Origin: Nemertoderma westbladi
Lineage: Eukaryota; Animalia; Xenacoelomorpha
Assembly (NCBI GenBank): GCA_032718475.1
Contig: JAUCBJ010003501.1
Coordinates: forward strand, 45,812-109,811
Reading direction: 5' to 3'
DNA: 64,000 nt
Both the position numbers and the translations under genes were made by a program. Positions 54,952 through 64,000 of this stretch are shown piece after piece. Every line of letters begins with the position of its first letter. Position 1 is the first letter of the stretch. The notes below the pieces were generated by a model. It did no database searches, had not been told where the DNA came from, and saw only the letters and a program-made list of their open reading frames with translations.

Positions 54952-55674
54952 GACCCCAACCTGGCTGTCTGTAGAGGATGGCCGCGGAACTGCGACCCCA
55001 TCCTGGCTGTCTGTAGAGGATGGCCGCGGAACTGCGACCCCATCCTGGCTGTCTGTAGAGGATGACCGCGGAACTGCGACCCCAACCTGGCTGTCTGTAG
55101 AGGATGGCCGCGGAACTGCGACCCCATCCTGGCTGTCTGTAGAGGATGACCGCGGAACTGCGACCCCATCCTGGCTGTCTGTAGAGGATGACCGCGGAAC
55201 TGCGACCCCATCCTGGCTGTCTGTAGAGGATGGCCGCGGAACTGCGACCCCAGCCTGGCTGTCTGTAGAGGATGACCGCGGAACTGCGACCCCAGCCTGG
55301 CTGTCTGTAGAGGATGACCGCGGAACTGCGACCCCATCCTGGCTGTCTGTAGAGGATGGCCGCGGAACTGCGACCCCATCCTGGCTGTCTGTAGAGGATG
55401 ACCGCGGAACTGCGACCCCAACCTGGCTGTCTGTAGAGGATGGCCGCGGAACTGCGACCCCATCCTGGCTGTCTGTAGAGGATGACCGCGGAACTGCGAC
55501 CCCATCCTGGCTGTCTGTAGAGGATGACCGCGGAACTGCGACCCCATCCTTGCTGTCTGTAGAGGATGGCCGCGGAACTGCGACCCCATCCTGGCTGTCT
55601 GTAGAGGATGACCGCGGAACTGCGACCCCATTTTGGCTGTCTGTAGAGGTTGACCGCGGAACTGCGAACCAACT
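54952..55674. repeat. 42-bp GC-rich minisatellite, ~17 copies (GACCCCATCCTGGCTGTCTGTAGAGGATGACCGCGGAACTGC)
   Basis: Direct tandem copies with A/G and T/A/G variants. The unit length is a multiple of 3, which gives the repetitive minus-strand ORFs. Confidence 0.97.
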
Positions 55675-56193
55675 TAGTAATCTATCATTTTCAGGGACCG
55701 AACGTCAAAACTTATAGATTAATTTGGAAACCCGACTGATTGTATTTGGTGGAGGTTTTGTATTATTTACTTTGCGAGAGTTTATGAACTGCTGGGTAGT
55801 TATTAGTTACAATGCATTCTATTATTACAATATTATTAATTTATTAAAGTAATATGTGAATTAAATTAAGAATTATGCTGTTTTTATTGATTATAATATT
55901 AGAATGATAATTAAATTAATTACCACCTAACGTTGCCTTTATGGAGTCAATGTTGTTCCGTCGTAATGAATTCAATTTCCATAATGAAAGGAAGGCAACT
56001 GGTTCAATTGGTATTTGTATAAATTTACTAAATCTCACTAAATTTCTTCCGAAGCCAGAAATTCCACAGGTTTGTACCGGTTTAGCATTTTTCATGATTT
56101 ATGATCAAAGTGTTTTTTTAACATCTTGATTTTGTGCAAAGTTTGTATTTTGTAATCGTATTGTTTATTATGTAATTTGCAGCTGATTGTCGT

Positions 56194-56237
56194 CGGGGTC
56201 ACAACTGACAGACTTCAGTCTGTCAGTTGTGACCCCG
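56194..56237. other. Perfect hairpin, 20-bp arms with 4-nt loop
   Basis: CGGGGTCACAACTGACAGAC-TTCA-GTCTGTCAGTTGTGACCCCG. Confidence 0.95.
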
Positions 56238-56958
56238 TTAATAACACTTTATGATTGGCTGAGCTGCTTGTAACAGGCTAGGGATGCAGCAGAGCTCCGG
56301 GCCATTAATACATCATACTTTATAAAATAGTTCAAGAGTTATTAGAGTTTATTTTAGCGCAATTAACACCAGATAGGGGGGTCTTTGACGCAATCAAAAC
56401 TCATCCCTCTCCAGGGGAAAATCGACGCAAATAACGCGGATTACTCTCAAAAATAAAACTGTAACCTGTTATATTGAATATAGTTTTTGGTTATATTATA
56501 ATGCCACTGTAAACTGCTCCTTTCCCATTTTTAATTTAACATTGAGATTAATTCGCCGAGAAAGAATTTGTGTCACCCCCACCCCCCCCCCCCCCCCCCC
56601 CCCCGTCTACTATAATACTGTAATACATCGGAATTATCAATACCCAAATATTGTAATTCGTTCGGAGAAACCTCCGGGCTCCGGCTCCGGAAGAAATATT
56701 AGCTTGTTGCATTCCTAATATAGGCTACATTATGTTACATTGAAATCAGCCTTAATTAACAAAAAAATCAGTTATTTGATTAAAAATGTCTGTTTTACTC
56801 TAAATGTTAAATTATTTTTGTCGATATCCCGGCTAATGGGTATTTATTGAAACTGTTTAATTTTTAACCAGAGTTACGTATACTGCAGTTGCGTATACTA
56901 CGTATACTACAGCTGTCCAGCTAATAGTGTTCCTGTCGTTTTCGAATAAGTAATTCGA

Positions 56959-59900
56959 TACCGGAACCGTTGCTATTCCTACAGTATACACCGGGTGTAT
57001 GTGTACCGGAACCATTGCTATTCCTACAGTATACAGCGGGTGTATGTGTACCGGAACCATTGCTATTCCTACAGTATACAGCGGGTGTATGTGTACCGGA
57101 ACCATTGCTATTCCTACAGTATACAGCGGGTGTATGTGTACCGGAACCATTGCTATTCCTACAGTATACAGCGGGTGTATGTGTACCGGAACCATTGCTA
57201 TTCCTACAGTATACAGCGGGTGTATGTGTACCGGAACCATTGCTATTCCTACAGTATACAGCGGGTGTATGTGTACCGGAACCATTGCTATTCCTACAGT
57301 ATACAGCGGGTGTATGTGTACCGGAACCATTGCTATTCCTACAGTATACAGCGGGTGTATGTGTACCGGAACCATTGCTATTCCTACAGTATACAGCGGG
57401 TGTATGTGTACCGGAACCATTGCTATTCCTACAGTATACAGCGGGTGTATGTGTACCGGAACCATTGCTATTCCTACAGTATACAGCGGGTGTATGTGTA
57501 CCGGAACCATTGCTATTCCTACAGTATACAGCGGGTGTATGTGTACCGGAACCATTGCTATTCCTACAGTATACAGCGGGTGTATGTGTACCGGAACCAT
57601 TGCTATTCCTACAGTATACAGCGGGTGTATGTGTACCGGAACCATTGCTATTCCTACAGTATACAGCGGGTGTATGTGTACCGGAACCATTGCTATTCCT
57701 ACATTATACAGCGGGTGTATGTGTACCGGAACCATTGCTATTCCTACAGTATACAGCGGGTGTATGTGTACCGGAACCATTGCTATTCCTACAGTATACA
57801 GCGGGTGTATGTGTACCGGAACCATTGCTATTCCTACAGTATACAGCGGGTGTATGTGTACCGGAACCATTGCTATTCCTACAGTATACAGCGGGTGTAT
57901 GTGTACCGGAACCATTGCTATTCCTACATTATACAGCGGGTGTATGTGTACCGGAACCATTGCTATTCCTACAGTATACAGCGGGTGTATGTGTACCGGA
58001 ACCATTGCTATTCCTACAGTATACAGCGGGTGTATGTGTACCGGAACCATTGCTATTCCTACAGTATACAGCGGGTGTATGTGTACCGGAACCATTGCTA
58101 TTCCTACAGTATACAGCGGGTGTATGTGTACCGGAACCATTGCTATTCCTACAGTATACAGCGGGTGTATGTGTACCGGAACCATTGCTATTCCTACAGT
58201 ATACAGCGGGTGTATGTGTACCGGAACCATTGCTATTCCTACATTATACAGCGGGTGTATGTGTACCGGAACCATTGCTATTCCTACAGTATACAGCGGG
58301 TGTATGTGTACCGGAACCATTGCTATTCCTACAGTATACAGCGGGTGTATGTGTACCGGAACCATTGCTATTCCTACATTATACAGCGGGTGTATGTGTA
58401 CCGGAACCATTGCTATTCCTACAGTATACAGCGGGTGTATGTGTACCGGAACCATTGCTATTCCTACAGTATACAGCGGGTGTATGTGTACCGGAACCAT
58501 TGCTATTCCTACAGTATACAGCGGGTGTATGTGTACCGGAACCATTGCTATTCCTACAGTATACAGCGGGTGTATGTGTACCGGAACCATTGCTATTCCT
58601 ACAGTATACAGCGGGTGTATGTGTACCGGAACCATTGCTATTCCTACAGTATACAGCGGGTGTATGTGTACCGGAACCATTGCTATTCCTACAGTATACA
58701 GCGGGTGTATGTGTACCGGAACCATTGCTATTCCTACAGTATACAGCGGGTGTATGTGTACCGGAACCATTGCTATTCCTACAGTATACAGCGGGTGTAT
58801 GTGTACCGGAACCATTGCTATTCCTACAGTATACAGCGGGTGTATGTGTACCGGAACCATTGCTATTCCTACATTATACAGCGGGTGTATGTGTACCGGA
58901 ACCATTGCTATTCCTACAGTATACAGCGGGTGTATGTGTACCGGAACCATTGCTATTCCTACAGTATACAGCGGGTGTATGTGTACCGGAACCATTGCTA
59001 TTCCTACAGTATACAGCGGGTGTATGTGTACCGGAACCATTGCTATTCCTACAGTATACAGCGGGTGTATGTGTACCGGAACCATTGCTATTCCTACAGT
59101 ATACAGCGGGTGTATGTGTACCGGAACCATTGCTATTCCTACAGTATACAGCGGGTGTATGTGTACCGGAACCATTGCTATTCCTACAGTATACAGCGGG
59201 TGTATGTGTACCGGAACCATTGCTATTCCTACAGTATACAGCGGGTGTATGTGTACCGGAACCATTGCTATTCCTACAGTATACAGCGGGTGTATGTGTA
59301 CCGGAACCATTGCTATTCCTACAGTATACAGCGGGTGTATGTGTACCGGAACCATTGCTATTCCTACAGTATACAGCGGGTGTATGTGTACCGGAACCAT
59401 TGCTATTCCTACAGTATACAGCGGGTGTATGTGTACCGGAACCATTGCTATTCCTACAGTATACAGCGGGTGTATGTGTACCGGAACCATTGCTATTCCT
59501 ACAGTATACAGCGGGTGTATGTGTACCGGAACCATTGCTATTCCTACAGTATACAGCGGGTGTATGTGTACCGGAACCATTGCTATTCCTACAGTATACA
59601 GCGGGTGTATGTGTACCGGAACCATTGCTATTCCTACAGTATACAGCGGGTGTATGTGTACCGGAACCATTGCTATTCCTACAGTATACAGCGGGTGTAT
59701 GTGTACCGGAACCATTGCTATTCCTACAGTATACAGCGGGTGTATGTGTACCGGAACCATTGCTATTCCTACAGTATACAGCGGGTGTATGTGTACCGGA
59801 ACCATTGCTATTCCTACAGTATACAGCGGGTGTATGTGTACCGGAACCATTGCTATTCCTACAGTATACAGCGGGTGTATGTGTACCGGAACCATTGCTA

Positions 59901-62900
59901 TTCCTACAGTATACAGCGGGTGTATGTGTACCGGAACCATTGCTATTCCTACAGTATACAGCGGGTGTATGTGTACCGGAACCATTGCTATTCCTACAGT
60001 ATACAGCGGGTGTATGTGTACCGGAACCATTGCTATTCCTACAGTATACAGCGGGTGTATGTGTACCGGAACCATTGCTATTCCTACAGTATACAGCGGG
60101 TGTATGTGTACCGGAACCATTGCTATTCCTACAGTATACAGCGGGTGTATGTGTACCGGAACCATTGCTATTCCTACAGTATACAGCGGGTGTATGTGTA
60201 CCGGAACCATTGCTATTCCTACAGTATACAGCGGGTGTATGTGTACCGGAACCATTGCTATTCCTACAGTATACAGCGGGTGTATGTGTACCGGAACCAT
60301 TGCTATTCCTACAGTATACAGCGGGTGTATGTGTACCGGAACCATTGCTATTCCTACAGTATACAGCGGCTGTATGTGTACCGGAACCATTGCTATTCCT
60401 ACAGTATACAGCGGGTGTATGTGTACCGGAACCATTGCTATTCCTACAGTATACAGCGGGTGTATGTGTACCGGAACCATTGCTATTCCTACAGTATACA
60501 GCGGGTGTATGTGTACCGGAACCATTGCTATTCCTACAGTATACAGCGGGTGTATGTGTACCGGAACCATTGCTATTCCTACAGTATACAGCGGGTGTAT
60601 GTGTACCGGAACCATTGCTATTCCTACAGTATACAGCGGGTGTATGTGTACCGGAACCATTGCTATTCCTACAGTATACAGCGGGTGTATGTGTACCGGA
60701 ACCATTGCTATTCCTACAGTATACAGCGGGTGTATGTGTACCGGAACCATTGCTATTCCTACAGTATACAGCGGGTGTATGTGTACCGGAACCATTGCTA
60801 TTCCTACAGTATACAGCGGGTGTATGTGTACCGGAACCATTGCTATTCCTACAGTATACAGCGGGTGTATGTGTACCGGAACCATTGCTATTCCTACAGT
60901 ATACAGCGGGTGTATGTGTACCGGAACCATTGCTATTCCTACAGTATACAGCGGGTGTATGTGTACCGGAACCATTGCTATTCCTACAGTATACAGCGGG
61001 TGTATGTGTACCGGAACCATTGCTATTCCTACAGTATACAGCGGGTGTATGTGTACCGGAACCATTGCTATTCCTACAGTATACAGCGGGTGTATGTGTA
61101 CCGGAACCATTGCTATTCCTACAGTATACAGCGGGTGTATGTGTACCGGAACCATTGCTATTCCTACAGTATACAGCGGGTGTATGTGTACCGGAACCAT
61201 TGCTATTCCTACAGTATACAGCGGGTGTATGTGTACCGGAACCATTGCTATTCCTACAGTATACAGCGGGTGTATGTGTACCGGAACCATTGCTATTCCT
61301 ACAGTATACAGCGGGTGTATGTGTACCGGAACCATTGCTATTCCTACAGTATACAGCGGGTGTATGTGTACCGGAACCATTGCTATTCCTACAGTATACA
61401 GCGGGTGTATGTGTACCGGAACCATTGCTATTCCTACAGTATACAGCGGGTGTATGTGTACCGGAACCATTGCTATTCCTACAGTATACAGCGGGTGTAT
61501 GTGTACCGGAACCATTGCTATTCCTACAGTATACAGCGGGTGTATGTGTACCGGAACCATTGCTATTCCTACAGTATACAGCGGGTGTATGTGTACCGGA
61601 ACCATTGCTATTCCTACAGTATACAGCGGGTGTATGTGTACCGGAACCATTGCTATTCCTACAGTATACAGCGGGTGTATGTGTACCGGAACCATTGCTA
61701 TTCCTACAGTATACAGCGGGTGTATGTGTACCGGAACCATTGCTATTCCTACATTATACAGCGGGTGTATGTGTACCGGAACCATTGCTATTCCTACAGT
61801 ATACAGCGGGTGTATGTGTACCGGAACCATTGCTATTCCTACAGTATACAGCGGGTGTATGTGTACCGGAACCATTGCTATTCCTACAGTATACAGCGGG
61901 TGTATGTGTACCGGAACCATTGCTATTCCTACAGTATACAGCGGGTGTATGTGTACCGGAACCATTGCTATTCCTACAGTATACAGCGGGTGTATGTGTA
62001 CCGGAACCATTGCTATTCCTACAGTATACAGCGGGTGTATGTGTACCGGAACCATTGCTATTCCTACAGTATACAGCGGGTGTATGTGTACCGGAACCAT
62101 TGCTATTCCTACAGTATACAGCGGGTGTATGTGTACCGGAACCATTGCTATTCCTACAGTATACAGCGGGTGTATGTGTACCGGAACCATTGCTATTCCT
62201 ACAGTATACAGCGGGTGTATGTGTACCGGAACCATTGCTATTCCTACAGTATACAGCGGGTGTATGTGTACCGGAACCATTGCTATTCCTACAGTATACA
62301 GCGGGTGTATGTGTACCGGAACCATTGCTATTCCTACAGTATACAGCGGGTGTATGTGTACCGGAACCATTGCTATTCCTACAGTATACAGCGGGTGTAT
62401 GTGTACCGGAACCATTGCTATTCCTACAGTATACAGCGGGTGTATGTGTACCGGAACCATTGCTATTCCTACAGTATACAGCGGGTGTATGTGTACCGGA
62501 ACCATTGCTATTCCTACAGTATACAGCGGGTGTATGTGTACCGGAACCATTGCTATTCCTACAGTATACAGCGGGTGTATGTGTACCGGAACCATTGCTA
62601 TTCCTACAGTATACAGCGGGTGTATGTGTACCGGAACCATTGCTATTCCTACAGTATACAGCGGGTGTATGTGTACCGGAACCATTGCTATTCCTACAGT
62701 ATACAGCGGGTGTATGTGTACCGGAACCATTGCTATTCCTACAGTATACAGCGGGTGTATGTGTACCGGAACCATTGCTATTCCTACAGTATACAGCGGG
62801 TGTATGTGTACCGGAACCATTGCTATTCCTACAGTATACAGCGGGTGTATGTGTACCGGAACCATTGCTATTCCTACAGTATACAGCGGGTGTATGTGTA

Positions 62901-64000
62901 CCGGAACCATTGCTATTCCTACAGTATACAGCGGGTGTATGTGTACCGGAACCATTGCTATTCCTACAGTATACAGCGGGTGTATGTGTACCGGAACCAT
63001 TGCTATTCCTACAGTATACAGCGGGTGTATGTGTACCGGAACCATTGCTATTCCTACAGTATACAGCGGGTGTATGTGTACCGGAACCATTGCTATTCCT
63101 ACATTATACAGCGGGTGTATGTGTACCGGAACCATTGCTATTCCTACAGTATACAGCGGGTGTATGTGTACCGGAACCATTGCTATTCCTACAGTATACA
63201 GCGGGTGTATGTGTACCGGAACCATTGCTATTCCTACAGTATACAGCGGGTGTATGTGTACCGGAACCATTGCTATTCCTACATTATACAGCGGGTGTAT
63301 GTGTACCGGAACCATTGCTATTCCTACAGTATACAGCGGGTGTATGTGTACCGGAACCATTGCTATTCCTACAGTATACAGCGGGTGTATGTGTACCGGA
63401 ACCATTGCTATTCCTACAGTATACAGCGGGTGTATGTGTACCGGAACCATTGCTATTCCTACAGTATACAGCGGCTGTATGTGTACCGGAACCATTGCTA
63501 TTCCTACAGTATACAGCGGGTGTATGTGTACCGGAACCATTGCTATTCCTACAGTATACAGCGGGTGTATGTGTACCGGAACCATTGCTATTCCTACAGT
63601 ATACAGCGGGTGTATGTGTACCGGAACCATTGCTATTCCTACAGTATACAGCGGGTGTATGTGTACCGGAACCATTGCTATTCCTACATTATACAGCGGC
63701 TGTATGTGTACCGGAACCATTGCTATTCCTACAGTATACAGCGGGTGTATGTGTACCGGAACCATTGCTATTCCTACAGTATACAGCGGGTGTATGTGTA
63801 CCGGAACCATTGCTATTCCTACAGTATACAGCGGGTGTATGTGTACCGGAACCATTGCTATTCCTACAGTATACAGCGGGTGTATGTGTACCGGAACCAT
63901 TGCTATTCCTACAGTATACAGCGGGTGTATGTGTACCGGAACCATTGCTATTCCTACAGTATACAGCGGGTGTATGTGTACCGGAACCATTGCTATTCCT
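56959..64000. repeat. 45-bp satellite, ~156 highly homogeneous copies, open at window end (TACCGGAACCATTGCTATTCCTACAGTATACAGCGGGTGTATGTG)
   Basis: Near-perfect tandem copies with only two recurrent variants (ACAGTA>ACATTA and GCGGG>GCGGC) and a diverged first copy. Confidence 0.99.

Noticed and set aside
54930-55672. 233-aa and 244-aa repeat ORFs
   Set aside because: A 42-bp unit open in two frames by chance, with no unique coding flanks.
56857-63990. 2377-aa protein as a real CDS
   Set aside because: Pure 45-bp satellite with no synonymous divergence and no signal peptide or unique domain; retained only as a low-interest finding.

Overview
Eukaryotic (invertebrate-like animal) genomic DNA dominated by tandem repeats. 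(1) 1-36586: a >=36.6 kb array of a 37-bp hairpin-forming satellite with nested higher-order duplications. (2) 36617-40036: a complete 3420-bp DNA transposon with 17-bp TIRs, TTAA target-site duplication and one intact 593-aa DDE transposase ORF. It is most consistent with the Kolobok superfamily, and the His of its CxxH motif is replaced by Tyr. (3) 40726-54365 (+): a spliced BCL11-family zinc-finger gene, seen only in fragments in the ORF track. Five phase-1-linked exons reconstruct a 739-aa frame with a displaced NuRD-type motif, CCHC ZnF0, ZF1, three SUMO consensus sites and one further C2H2 finger. Its introns hold a 31-bp minisatellite, an RTE-LINE 3' fragment and a 2.7-kb (ACTT)n. (4) Downstream: a 42-bp minisatellite grown from one arm of an inverted repeat, a perfect 20-bp hairpin, and a very homogeneous 45-bp satellite running off the window end. 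The very long repeat ORFs, including the 2377-aa one, are treated as artefacts. No CRISPR array, rRNA or intact tRNA was seen. All assignments come from reading the sequence by eye; no database searches were run.
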